Shown: in pieces, positions 10,426-24,298 of the stretch | How the letters are laid out: each line of letters starts with the position of its first letter | Numbering within the stretch: the first letter of the stretch is position 1 | Assembly: GCA_963851265.1 (NCBI GenBank) | Contig: CAWKNZ010000005.1 | Location: 160,001 to 224,000, forward strand | Direction: 5' to 3' | Origin: an uncultured Gemmatimonadales bacterium | GTDB lineage: Bacteria > Gemmatimonadota > Gemmatimonadetes > Gemmatimonadales > Gemmatimonadaceae | DNA length: 64,000 bases | Translations under genes and position numbers: made by a program | Notes under the pieces: model-generated | The model's input: only the letters and a program-made list of their open reading frames with translations | The model's database searches: none | What the model was told of the DNA's origin: nothing

Positions 10426-12531
10426 ATGCTCGCGCCGTTCCGCCGTCCGCTCGCCGCCCTCGTCGCTACCGCGGCCACCGCCGCCGTCGCCCACGCCCAG
10501 CCCGCCCCGGCCTGGAACGACACCGCCGCGCTCTCGCTCATCGGCCGCGCCCAACAGGTCCGCGCCCGCCAGCTCGCCGACACCGGCCTCCGCGACTACC
10601 GCGCCCTCGCCCGCGGCACCCTGACCTTCCTCGGCCAGCTCGGCGACTTCCTCCCGCCGCGCGTCGTCCAGGCCACCCAGATCGCCACCCAGGTCTACTG
10701 GCGCGCGCCCAACACCAGCGCGCAGATCGTCGTCGGCGAACGCGACACCACGGTCCTGCCCACCGACAACCAGTTCTACCGCGATCGATTCGGCATCGTC
10801 CAGAACGAGTTCCCCGACTCGATCCGACTCGGCGAGGGCCGCGACGTCGCCGACGTGCCGCACCCGCTCGCCCCCGGAGGCCCCTCCGTCTACGACTACG
10901 CGATCGCCGACTCGAGCGCGCTCCGCATCGGGCCCCGGACGGTGTGGATCGTCGAAGTCCGCACCCGCCCGAAGGACGCCACCAAGCCCCGCCTCGTCGG
11001 CTCGCTGTTCATCGACCGCGACGCCGCGCGCCTCGTTCGGCTCGCGTTCACCTTCACCCGCCCCGCCTACCTCGACCCCCGCAACGAGGACGTCTCGATC
11101 GTCCTCGAGAACGCGCTCGTCGAGGGGCGCTACTGGCTGCCTCGCCGCCAGGAGGTCGAGGTGCGGCGCGCGGGCACCTTCCTCGACTTCCCGGCGCGCG
11201 GCATCATCCGCGGCCGGTGGGACGTGAGCGACTACGCCGTGAACACGGAGATCCCGCCGCAGACGTTCACCGGCGCCCCGCTCCAGTTCCTCCCGCCAGA
11301 GCAGCGCCGCCGCTACGCGTTCCGCGAGCCCCGCGTGCTCGACGCCCTCCCGCCCGACGTCACCGTCGCGAGCGACGAGGACGTGCGCCGCGTGCGCGCC
11401 CTCGCGCAGACGCTGGTCCAGCGACGCGCGATCGAGGCCGCGCGGCGCGGCGCGCTCTCGGCCCGGTCGATCTCCGACTTCGCGCGCGTGGACCGCGCCG
11501 AAGGGCTGGCGCTCGGGGCCGGCGCGGTGGTGCGGCCCGCGCCCGGCGCGTCGCTCGCGCTGTTGGGCCGCTACGGCTTCGACGACCACCAGGCGAAAGG
11601 GCGCGCCACGCTCGGCACCACGGCCGCATCGGGCGCCGGCCTCCGACTCGAAGCCTTCCGCGACTTCCGCGAGGCCGGCGACGCGCAGGAGGTCTCGCGC
11701 GCGCGCAACTCGCTCGCCGCCCAGGAATTCGGCAGCGACTGGACCGACCCATACGACGCGCGCGGGTTCGCCGCCGCGGCTACCCTCCCGTTAGGCACCG
11801 GCGGCCTCCGCGCCACGGCGACGGCGGGCTACGAGTGGCAGCACGCGCTCTCCGTGCGCGCCCGCCCCGCGACGGGGCGTTACGAGCCCACCCTTCCCGC
11901 CGCCGCGCTGCACGAGGCGCGGTTCGGCGTCACGCTCGAGCGACCGGCCGACGACGGCCCGTTCGGCACCACGGTCCGCGGCGACGTGCGCGCCCTCGCC
12001 GCGCGCACGTCGCTCGACTGCGACGGGGGGCTCTGCACCACCTTCGGCCGCCTCGGCCTCAACCTCGGTGTCGAGCGGCCGTTCGGACGCTCCGCCCTCG
12101 GCGAGCGCCGGCTCGTGCTCGAGACCGTGGCCGCGGGCGCGGTCGGCCGCGTCCCGCCGCAGGAGTTCGCCTACTTCGGCGGACCCGTGACCGGCCCGGG
12201 CTACGACTTCCACGCCCTCGCGGGCCGCGCGGGCGCGAGCCAGCACGTCGAATGGCGCGTCCCGGTCCCGTTCCCTTCCGTCTCGTTAGGCAAGTACGGC
12301 CGCTCGCCCGCGACGCTGACGCTGGCCCCGTACGCCCACGCCGTCTACATCGCCCGCACCGGCGACGCGCCGCGACCGGCGCCGGGCGGGGCGGGGTGGT
12401 ACCCCGCGCTCGGTGCTGGCGCGATCGGCTTCTTCGACCTCGTCCGCCTCGACGTCGCGCGCGGCACGGCGCGCGGCGGGCGCTGGCTGTTCTCGGCCGA
12501 CGTCACGCGCGAGTTCTGGCGAATCCTGTAA
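10426..12531 (+). CDS. Secreted/outer-membrane protein of unknown function (probable C-terminal beta-barrel)
   Basis: Long ORF with strong GC3 bias, signal peptide ending AHA-Q, alternating beta-strand pattern toward the C-terminus. Confidence 0.6.
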   Translation: MLAPFRRPLAALVATAATAAVAHAQPAPAWNDTAALSLIGRAQQVRARQLADTGLRDYRALARGTLTFLGQLGDFLPPRVVQATQIATQVYWRAPNTSAQIVVGERDTTVLPTDNQFYRDRFGIVQNEFPDSIRLGEGRDVADVPHPLAPGGPSVYDYAIADSSALRIGPRTVWIVEVRTRPKDATKPRLVGSLFIDRDAARLVRLAFTFTRPAYLDPRNEDVSIVLENALVEGRYWLPRRQEVEVRRAGTFLDFPARGIIRGRWDVSDYAVNTEIPPQTFTGAPLQFLPPEQRRRYAFREPRVLDALPPDVTVASDEDVRRVRALAQTLVQRRAIEAARRGALSARSISDFARVDRAEGLALGAGAVVRPAPGASLALLGRYGFDDHQAKGRATLGTTAASGAGLRLEAFRDFREAGDAQEVSRARNSLAAQEFGSDWTDPYDARGFAAAATLPLGTGGLRATATAGYEWQHALSVRARPATGRYEPTLPAAALHEARFGVTLERPADDGPFGTTVRGDVRALAARTSLDCDGGLCTTFGRLGLNLGVERPFGRSALGERRLVLETVAAGAVGRVPPQEFAYFGGPVTGPGYDFHALAGRAGASQHVEWRVPVPFPSVSLGKYGRSPATLTLAPYAHAVYIARTGDAPRPAPGGAGWYPALGAGAIGFFDLVRLDVARGTARGGRWLFSADVTREFWRIL

Positions 12532-12610
12532 GCCCGGCCGCCGCAACGAAACGCCCCACCCCGCAACACGGCGATGCACCGCGCCGCGCGCGCGGCCGTC
12601 ACACTCCGGC

Positions 12611-13936
12611 GTGCCCGATCCGCGCCCCGCTACCATCGTCCGTGACGCCGTCCTCACGCCGCCCCCGAGTGTCACGGCGGGCCGCCCCGCGTGGAGCGGC
12701 TCGCCCGCGGCGGCGCCGGCCGACACGCCCGATGCGGTCCGTCTCCTTGACGAGCTCCTCGCCACCGCCGTCCGGCACCGCGCGAGCGACCTCCACGTCG
12801 AAGCCGGCGAGCAGGGCGCGACCGTCCGCCTCCGCGTCGACGGCGTGCTGCGCGACGGCCCCGCCGTCCCGCGCGCCCTCGCTCCGCCGCTCGCGTCCCG
12901 CCTCAAGATCCTCGCCGGCCTCGACATCGCCGACCGCCTCCGTCCGCAGGACGGCCGCGCTCGCGTCACCGTCGGCGCCCGCCCGGTGGAACTCCGCGTC
13001 TCGTCGCTCCCCAGCGTCCGCGGCGAGAACCTCGTCGTCCGCCTCAGCGACCCGTCCGCGGGCCTCGACTCCATCGAGTCGCTAGGCGTCCTCCCGAGCG
13101 ACGCCGCCCGGCTCGGCAAGCTGCTCGAGGCCCGGGAAGGGCTCATTCTCGTCACCGGGCCCACCGGCTCGGGCAAGACCACGACGCTCTACGCCGCCCT
13201 CCGCCGCATCCTCGCCCGCGGCGGTGTCAACGTCATCACCGTCGAGGACCCCGTCGAGCGCCGCCTTCCCGGCGTCGTCCAGGTCCAGATCCACGAAAAG
13301 GCCGGACTGTCGTTCGCCGCCGCCCTGCGCGCCATCCTCCGCCAGGACCCCGACGTGATTCTCGTCGGCGAGGTGCGCGACCGCGAAACCGCCGCGATCG
13401 CCGCTCAGGCCGCGATGACGGGCCACCTCGTCCTCGCCACCCTCCACACCACCGACGCCGCGAGCGCCGTCACCCGCCTCGCCGACGTCGGCGTCGAACC
13501 CTTCAAGCTCGCCGCCGCGCTGCGCGGCGTCGTCGCGCAACGCCTCGTCCGCCGCCTCTGCGCCGCCTGCCGCCGCGCGGTCCCGCCGCGCTGGCGCGAC
13601 GCGCGCCTCGCCGGCCGCGCCCCGGAAGGCGAACTCTGCTGGGACGCGGCACCCCCCGCCGCGGACCGAGCCGACCGCTGCCCGGCCTGCGACGGCGCCG
13701 GATACCGCGGCCGCGTGCCGGCGCTCGAAGTCCTGCTCGCCGACGACGCTCTCGCCCGCCTCGTCGCGGCCGGCGCCACCCACGACGCGCTCGCCACGGC
13801 CGCACGACGCGCCGGCACCCCGTCGATGTGGGACAGCGCCGTCGGCCACGTCCGTATGGGCACCACGAGTGTGGGCGAACTCCTGCGCGCAGTTGACGTC
13901 CCGTCCGACGCCCCGCCGGCCCGGAGCGTGCCCTGA
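12611..13936 (+). CDS. GspE/PilB family secretion or pilus ATPase (start uncertain)
   Basis: ASDLHVE, RLRVDG, PQDGR, GPTGSGKTTTLY, EDPVE, LRQDPDVILVGEVRD, TGHLVLATLHT, two CxxC. Confidence 0.88.
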   Translation: MPDPRPATIVRDAVLTPPPSVTAGRPAWSGSPAAAPADTPDAVRLLDELLATAVRHRASDLHVEAGEQGATVRLRVDGVLRDGPAVPRALAPPLASRLKILAGLDIADRLRPQDGRARVTVGARPVELRVSSLPSVRGENLVVRLSDPSAGLDSIESLGVLPSDAARLGKLLEAREGLILVTGPTGSGKTTTLYAALRRILARGGVNVITVEDPVERRLPGVVQVQIHEKAGLSFAAALRAILRQDPDVILVGEVRDRETAAIAAQAAMTGHLVLATLHTTDAASAVTRLADVGVEPFKLAAALRGVVAQRLVRRLCAACRRAVPPRWRDARLAGRAPEGELCWDAAPPAADRADRCPACDGAGYRGRVPALEVLLADDALARLVAAGATHDALATAARRAGTPSMWDSAVGHVRMGTTSVGELLRAVDVPSDAPPARSVP

Positions 13937-13945
13937 CGGCGGACC

Positions 13946-14437
13946 GTGAATCCTCCACCCCCCGCCGCCACCCTCCGCGTCGGCGTCGTAGACGTGTACG
14001 TCGTCTGTCCCAACCGCGCTGGATGGGATCACTGGAACGTGCTCGCCTTGCAGCGCGCCGTGGACACCCGCTGCCCACGCTCCTGGGAAACGGTCCACGG
14101 CCGCATCGAACCGGGCGAACGTCCCGAGGACGCCGCGCGCCGCGAATTGCTCGAAGAGACCGGCCTCGTCGCCACCCGCCTCTACAACGTCACCACGCAG
14201 GCCTTCTACCTCCACACGTCCGCGACGGTCGAGGTCGCGGTCGTCTTCTGCGCCTTCGTCGCCGACGCCGCGCCGCCCGCCCTCGACGCCGAACACACCA
14301 CGGCCGACTGGCTCGCGCCCGCCGACGCGCGCAACCGCTTCGCCTGGCCCCGCGAACGCGAGGCGCTCGACCACATCCGCCAACTGCTCGGCGCGGGCGA
14401 TGCGGGCCCGCTCGAAGACGTGCTCCGCGTGCAATGA
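13946..14437 (+). CDS. NUDIX hydrolase
   Basis: Nudix box GRIEPGERPEDAARRELLEETGL. Confidence 0.88.
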   Translation: MNPPPPAATLRVGVVDVYVVCPNRAGWDHWNVLALQRAVDTRCPRSWETVHGRIEPGERPEDAARRELLEETGLVATRLYNVTTQAFYLHTSATVEVAVVFCAFVADAAPPALDAEHTTADWLAPADARNRFAWPREREALDHIRQLLGAGDAGPLEDVLRVQ

Positions 14438-16302
14438 CCGACGTCGCCGCCAAACTCCGCCGCATCCTCGCCGCCCGCGCCCCCAGCGAATACTCGATCC
14501 TGATCGGCTTCGCCGTGGTCATCGGCACGCTCACGGCCGTGGGCGTGGCCGCCTTCTACGGCGCGATCGACCTCGCCTACGCGGCGTTCTTCCGCTGGTC
14601 GGCCCGCGCCATGCCGCGGCTCGGCTTGCTCGCTTACCGCCCGCTCGTCACGGGCGCCGGCATCGCCCTGGCCTGGTGGATCATGCGCACCATCGGCCGC
14701 GGCCACGACGGAATGAACGTCCCCGACGTCCAGCTCGCCGTCGTCCGCCGCGGCGCCGACGTCCCGACCCGCCCGGCCCTCGCGCGCACCCTCGCCTCCG
14801 CCATCACTATCGGCGCGGGCGGCTCCGCGGGGTCCGAAGGTCCCGTGGTCGTCCTCGGCGCCGCCCTCGGCTCGGCGTTGGGGCGGACGTTCCGCGCGGC
14901 ATCGTCGCGCACCACCGTCCTCGTCGCCTGCGGCGCCGGTGCGGCCATCTCGGCGGCCTTCAACGCCCCCCTCGCCGGGGCCTTCTTCGCCCTCGAGGAG
15001 ATCGTCGGCACCTTCTCGGGCACCTCGTTCGCACCGGTCGTCGTCGCGAGCGTGATCGCCGCCGTCGTCTCGCGCGCGGCGTTCGGCAACCACCCCGCAT
15101 TCCCCATCCCCGCCCAGTACACCTACGCGGGCACGGGCGACGCCCTCCTCGGCTTCCCCCTCCTCGGCCTCGCGTGCGGGTTGATGGCCGCGCTCTTCGT
15201 CCGCACCTACTTCGCCGCGGACGACGTCGCCCGCGCCCTCCGCGTCCCGCGCGCGGCCAAACCGTGGATCGGCGGCGCGCTCGTCGGCGCCCTCGTCGCC
15301 CTCTCCGGCGGCACCCTGGTCGGCTTCGGCCACCTCGCCATTCATCTCGACATGTTCGGGCGCATGACTTGGTGGGCCCTCGCCGCACTCGCGCTCGGAA
15401 AGGTCCTCGCGACCAGCGTCACCCTCAACTTCGGCGGCTCGGGCGGCGTGTTCACGCCGTCGCTCTACATCGGCGCGGCGACCGGCGGTGCGCTCGGCGT
15501 CGCCCTCACCCACCTGTTCCCGCACGCCGGCCTCCACCCCGAGACCTACGCCCTCGTCGGCATGGGCGCGATGATCGCCGGCGCCACCGACGCGCCGATC
15601 ACCGGCATCCTGCTCGTCTTCGAGATGACCAACGACTACGCGATGGTCCTGCCGCTGATGCTCGCCGTCGTCGTCTGCAGCCGCGTCTCGCGCCGCCTCG
15701 TCCCCGATTCCCTCTACAGCGGCTGGCTGCGCCGCCGCGGCGAGACGCTGGATCACGGGCAGGACCCCGACGCCCTCGGCGGCGTTCGCGTCGGCGACGT
15801 CTACGACGTCGCCCCCATCGCCGTCACCGAAGACACGCCCGTCGCCTCGCTCGTCGAACAGCTCGGACACACCGACCAGCCCGCCCTCCCCGTCGTCGAC
15901 GCAGACGGCCGCGTCACCGGCGTGATTACCCAGGGTGAACTCGCCCGCGCCGCGCGCGACTCGGCCGCATTGGGCGGCCTCGTCATCGCCGCCGACCTCG
16001 CCCGCCCGAGCGAGACCGTCGCGGCCGACGATTCCCTGCTCCTCGCCGTGCGACGGCTCGGCGTGCGTGGGGCTGCGGCCCTCCCGGTCGTGGACCCCGC
16101 GTCAGGCCGACTCGCCGGACTCCTCACCCGCGCCCACGTCCTGGCCGCCTACGAACGCGCGGTCACCGCCGGCACCCCCGATTCCCACGGCGCCGCCCCC
16201 CGCCGCCCCGAGGCCGACGACGACACCGACGGGGACGAGCCGCCGCTCACGGCAGCCCCGTCGTCAGCGTCAGCCGAACGAACCGCGGCGCCCCGGACAT
16301 GA
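14434..16302 (+). CDS. ClC chloride channel/transporter with CBS domains
   Basis: GSEGP, FNAPLAG, GGVFTP, FEMT motifs, then a CBS pair (LPVVD twice); ATG overlaps the NUDIX stop. Confidence 0.9.
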   Translation: MTDVAAKLRRILAARAPSEYSILIGFAVVIGTLTAVGVAAFYGAIDLAYAAFFRWSARAMPRLGLLAYRPLVTGAGIALAWWIMRTIGRGHDGMNVPDVQLAVVRRGADVPTRPALARTLASAITIGAGGSAGSEGPVVVLGAALGSALGRTFRAASSRTTVLVACGAGAAISAAFNAPLAGAFFALEEIVGTFSGTSFAPVVVASVIAAVVSRAAFGNHPAFPIPAQYTYAGTGDALLGFPLLGLACGLMAALFVRTYFAADDVARALRVPRAAKPWIGGALVGALVALSGGTLVGFGHLAIHLDMFGRMTWWALAALALGKVLATSVTLNFGGSGGVFTPSLYIGAATGGALGVALTHLFPHAGLHPETYALVGMGAMIAGATDAPITGILLVFEMTNDYAMVLPLMLAVVVCSRVSRRLVPDSLYSGWLRRRGETLDHGQDPDALGGVRVGDVYDVAPIAVTEDTPVASLVEQLGHTDQPALPVVDADGRVTGVITQGELARAARDSAALGGLVIAADLARPSETVAADDSLLLAVRRLGVRGAAALPVVDPASGRLAGLLTRAHVLAAYERAVTAGTPDSHGAAPRRPEADDDTDGDEPPLTAAPSSASAERTAAPRT

Positions 16303-16627
16303 TGTTGTCGTTCCCCTGCGACGTGGCGTAGTACCGCGTGTCGGTCTTGGTCGCCGAGCCCGTGCGGAGCACGGCGTATCCGCGGGCCCGTGTTCGCGTG
16401 CCCGTGACCGTCACGCCCTCGAGTCGGCATGGATTCGGGGGGCGTTGGCGTCCCGCACTGTCGGACCGGGTGCCCGGCGCAGCGGGCGGCTGTTGGCAGC
16501 ATACCGCCGGGGCCGTCGACGCCTGGCCAGCGGCGGCCGCCGGATGGAGCGCGTGGATCGCGGCCGCGACGACCACGGCGGCGAGAGGCGAGGGAGGAGC
16601 AGGGTGCGCGCGAGGTGCGTTCGGCAT
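16247..16627 (-). pseudogene. Internally deleted TonB-dependent siderophore-type receptor
   Basis: Signal peptide plus VTVTG...GY...SATKTDT (receptor N-terminus) joined directly to RYY...NIMSGAPRFVRLTL (receptor C-terminal strand), in only 126 aa. Confidence 0.75.
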
Positions 16628-16715
16628 GGCTCGGAGCGCCCGGGTACACGCGCGGTACGCCGGGCCGATTGACAGATCGCGCGCGGAACTCGCTCCCGCG
16701 CGCGAAGCCGGACGT

Positions 16716-16741
16716 ACTAGTCGGGATTGATCCCGACGAGT
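16716..16741. promoter_or_regulatory. Palindromic operator candidate upstream of the TonB receptor remnant
   Basis: ACTAGTCGGGAT-TG-ATCCCGACGAGT: 12-bp arms, 1 mismatch. Confidence 0.45.
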
Positions 16742-16752
16742 CTATACGGGAT

Positions 16753-17462
16753 TCAGAGTGCCTCGTCGGGGCCGTCCCGATCGCCGGTCTGCTCCGGCGC
16801 TGCGCCGTCGCCGCCGAGTTCGCGCCAGGGCGGCGCGGCGATCAACTGCACCACGGCTTCGGCCAACTCGTCGCGCCCGAGCCCGGTTTCGGCCGAGAAG
16901 GGTAGGCACTGCTCGGTGTCCAGCCCCACCTGCGAGGCGATCGCCGCGATGCGTCCGGCGATCTGCGAGCGCGGCAGCTTGTCCGTCTTCGTCAGCACGA
17001 TCAGCGTCGGCACGCCCACGTCGGCCAGAAAGTCGAGCACCTGGTGATCGTCGGGCGTCGGGTCGTGGCGCGAATCGAGGAGTTGCACCACGCCGGCGAG
17101 CGGCGCGCTCGTCCGCAGGTAGCCCTCGATCAGCGGGCGCCACTCGGCCTGCCGCGTCTTCGAAATCTTCGCGTAGCCATACCCCGGCAGGTCGACGAGG
17201 GTGAACTGGTCGTTGACCTGGAAGAAGTGGATCTCGCGCGTGCGCCCCGGCGTGTGGCTGACGCGTGCGAGCTTCTTCCGACGCGTAAGGCGGTTGATCA
17301 GCGACGACTTGCCCACGTTCGACCGGCCACTGAACGCGACTTCCGGCAGGCGCGCTTCGGGCCGCCATCCGCCCGCGCTCGCCATCGGGCCGAGGTAGTC
17401 GATGCGTTTGATGACGAGCGGGTCGACCCGGCGCGCCGGCGGATCCGTGTCCTGTGGCTCCG

Positions 17463-17466
<4 letters not shown>
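16753..17466 (-). CDS. engB: Ribosome biogenesis GTPase YihA/EngB
   Basis: [25 protein letters not shown]; directly downstream of lon. Confidence 0.93.
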
Positions 17467-20180
<2,714 letters not shown>

Positions 20181-20381
20181 CGCCGCAACCTAATCAGACC
20201 CGGACCCGGACTCGGACCAGAGCCGGCCGTGATCGGCCAGGCGGGGGATTGCCGGGGTGATCGCTTGCTGCTCGCCCGGCGATGGGGCAACGAACGTGCG
20301 ACGGGCGGCTTGCCGTGAACACTCCATCCCCCGACCGGCGGCGACCGGTCGGACGTGGCCGCCGGTCGCCGCCCCGTTCCG

Positions 20382-21662
<1,281 letters not shown>

Positions 21663-21848
21663 ACCGAAGGGGGCGTCGGAGGCGGGCCCGGGCGCGACTC
21701 TAGAGAGAGCCGCTGGTGACAAGCAACAGTCTCGTCCAGAGGGACGCAAGCAGCATGCGGACATCGCCCGCGGCCGCGACGGCCGGGGTCAAATGCAAGC
21801 GCGGCCGACTCTTGCGAGCCGGCCGCGCCACGGTGCCGGTCGGGCCTG

Positions 21849-22478
21849 TCAGGCCGTGACCGACTCCTGCTTCGTCTCGGCCACGAGCTCGCCGCGGTGC
21901 TCCACCACGAGGTCGATCAGGCCGTAGGCCTTGGCCTCCTCGGCGCTCATGTACCGGTCGCGGTCGAAGTCGCGCTCGATCCGCTCCAGCGGCTGGCCCG
22001 TGTGCTTGGCCATCAATTCGTTCATCTTGCTGCGCAGGTACAGGATCTCGCGCGCCTGGATCTCGATGTCGGCCGCGGTGCCCTGCGAGCCGCCCGACGG
22101 CTGGTGCATCATGATCCGCGCGTGCGGCAGCGCCGAGCGCTTGCCCTTACGGCCGCCGGCCAGCAGGAAACAGCCCATCGAGGCCGCGAACCCCATGCAC
22201 AGCGTGTTCACCGGCGACGACATCGACTGCATCGTGTCGTAGATGGCGAGCCCCGCGCTCACCGACCCGCCCGGCGAGTTGATGTACAGGTTGACGTCCT
22301 TGCCCGGGTTGTCGCTCTCGAGGAAGAGCAACTGCGAGATCACCACGTTCGCCACGTCGTCGTTGATCGGCGTGCCGAGGAAGATGATGCGGTCCATGAG
22401 GAGCCGCGAGAAGATGTCGTACGTCCGCTCGCCGCGGCTCGAACGCTCGATGATGTACGGCGTGTAGATCGTGGGCAT
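21849..22478 (-). CDS. clpP: ClpP protease subunit (an alternative ATG lies about 70 nt further upstream)
   Basis: [24 protein letters not shown]. Confidence 0.96.
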   Translation of the reverse strand: MPTIYTPYIIERSSRGERTYDIFSRLLMDRIIFLGTPINDDVANVVISQLLFLESDNPGKDVNLYINSPGGSVSAGLAIYDTMQSMSSPVNTLCMGFAASMGCFLLAGGRKGKRSALPHARIMMHQPSGGSQGTAADIEIQAREILYLRSKMNELMAKHTGQPLERIERDFDRDRYMSAEEAKAYGLIDLVVEHRGELVAETKQESVTA

Positions 22479-22626
22479 GGGCTCGTCGTCCTGGTCCGCC
22501 GCGGACTGCGGCGCGTGGTGCGGGAAGGAATACGGGTGAACGATCGACATCGGGGCCTCCCGGGCGCAATCGGCCGAACGGGCGAGGTGCGGTGCGACGC
22601 CGAAAGCTACGTCGCGTCCAGAAAGC

Positions 22627-22663
22627 ATGGACCCCGCGGTTGACGGCCAACCGCGGGGTCCAT
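22627..22663 (-). terminator. Strong hairpin between tig and clpP
   Basis: ATGGACCCCGCGGTTG-acggc-CAACCGCGGGGTCCAT, perfect 16-bp stem, no clear U-tract. Confidence 0.55.
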
Positions 22664-22685
22664 CCGACCCTACGTCCGAAGAGTG

Positions 22686-24113
22686 TTACTCCGCGACCCC
22701 GCCCTCGGGTCCGGCCGTCTCCGCGGCGGCGTCCTCGACGGTCACCGCCGCACCCGGGGGCGCACCGGCCGTCGCCTCGTCCGCGCCCGGCGTCGACCCG
22801 GCCGCGGTCGACGCGCCCGCGTCCGCGGACTCGCCCGACCCCTGCCGCACGGTGTTGCGCGCCATGAGCCACTCGAACACGCGCCGCTCGGTGATCGCGT
22901 GCTCGATCTCGTTCAGCCGGTTGGCCTTCTGCATCGACGCGTACAGCTGACCGGGTTCCTGCCCGCGCGACCGCGCGAGCGTCTCGATCTCGCCGTCGAC
23001 GTCGGCGGCGCTCGCCGTGAGGTTGTGCGTCTTGGCCAGCATGTCGACCACGAAGTCGCGCCGCACCTGACGCTCCGCGAGGGGCCGGAACTGCTGCGCG
23101 AACTGCGCGCGGTCCGCCTCGGGAATCTGATACGCGTTGGCGTACCCGTCGGCGAGGTTCGCCACCCACGACGGCGGCACGTCGAACGGGTTCGCCTCGA
23201 TGATCTGGTCGAGCAGCTTGGTGCGCACCTCGGCGTCGGTCTCGCGTGCCAGCTGCGTGGCGAGGTCGCCCCGCACCGCGGTCGTGAGCGCCTCGAGCGA
23301 GTCGAAATCGCCGACCTCGCGCGCGAACGCGTCGTCGAGCGCGGGGGGCTGCTTGCGCTTGACCTCCTTCACGTGCACGCGGACGAGCTTCGACTTGCCC
23401 CGCTCCGACTCGACCGGGAAGTCCTCCGGCCACGTGACCATGTCCTCGGTCGTCTGCCCGGGCGCCGTGCGCAGGATGAGCGCCTCGACCGCGGGGATCG
23501 CCTGCCCCTGCCCGACGACCACGTCGAACTGCTGCGGCGTGCTCATCTCGGGCGCCTCGGTCTCGCCCTCCGCGTTCGGCGCCGGATCGTTCTCCTGCAC
23601 CGAGAGGTCGAGCGTCACGCGGTCACCGGCGGTCGGCGACTCTTCCACGGGCACCCAGGCCGCGCGCTGGTCGCGCATCTGATCGAGCTGCTGCGTGACC
23701 GCCTCGTCCGTCACCGTCGTCGACCCGCGTTCGACCTCGAAGCCCTCCACGCGGTCGAGCGTCACCTCGGGACGCACCTCCACGTGGAACGTGAAGGTGA
23801 GCGGCGTGCCCGGCTCGAACTTCAGGTCGTGGATGTGCGGCTGCGTGACGAAGTCGAGCTTCTCCTGCTCGACGAGCTGCTGATACGCGTCCTGCACGAG
23901 CCCCTGCAGCGTCTCCTGGCGGATCTCGTTCGCGAAGCGCTTGCGCACGAGCCCCGCGGGCGCCTTCCCGGGACGGAAGCCGGGCAGCCGCGCCTGCGAG
24001 GTATAGCGGCGCGCGGTCTTGTCCTCGGCCGCGGCGACGGCCTCGGGCGGGATCGACACGTCGAGGTGGCGCTCGACGCCGGTCGACTCCTTGGCGGTGA
24101 TCTGAATATCCAT
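22686..24113 (-). CDS. tig: Trigger factor
   Basis: PGFRPGKAP ribosome-binding motif; tig-clpP-clpX-lon order. Confidence 0.95.
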   Translation of the reverse strand: MDIQITAKESTGVERHLDVSIPPEAVAAAEDKTARRYTSQARLPGFRPGKAPAGLVRKRFANEIRQETLQGLVQDAYQQLVEQEKLDFVTQPHIHDLKFEPGTPLTFTFHVEVRPEVTLDRVEGFEVERGSTTVTDEAVTQQLDQMRDQRAAWVPVEESPTAGDRVTLDLSVQENDPAPNAEGETEAPEMSTPQQFDVVVGQGQAIPAVEALILRTAPGQTTEDMVTWPEDFPVESERGKSKLVRVHVKEVKRKQPPALDDAFAREVGDFDSLEALTTAVRGDLATQLARETDAEVRTKLLDQIIEANPFDVPPSWVANLADGYANAYQIPEADRAQFAQQFRPLAERQVRRDFVVDMLAKTHNLTASAADVDGEIETLARSRGQEPGQLYASMQKANRLNEIEHAITERRVFEWLMARNTVRQGSGESADAGASTAAGSTPGADEATAGAPPGAAVTVEDAAAETAGPEGGVAE

Positions 24114-24298
24114 GCTGACGGGAGAGCTCGAAGGTGCAGGAGGGCGCGACCGTGGCCGCGCCCTGCGAAGGTTCCGGAAGCCGGGCCTGGGAAACTCGCC
24201 AAGCTAACCCCCCCGCGTCGGGGGGTGAAGCGAAACGGCCCGGGATTTGACGGGCGCCCGCGTGGGTCGCGGCGTCGAGGTCTGCCGCGGCCGGCTCT

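Noticed and set aside
20196..20218. Short GACCCG hexamer repeats upstream of lon copy 1
   Set aside because: Three to four imperfect units, as expected in GC-rich DNA.
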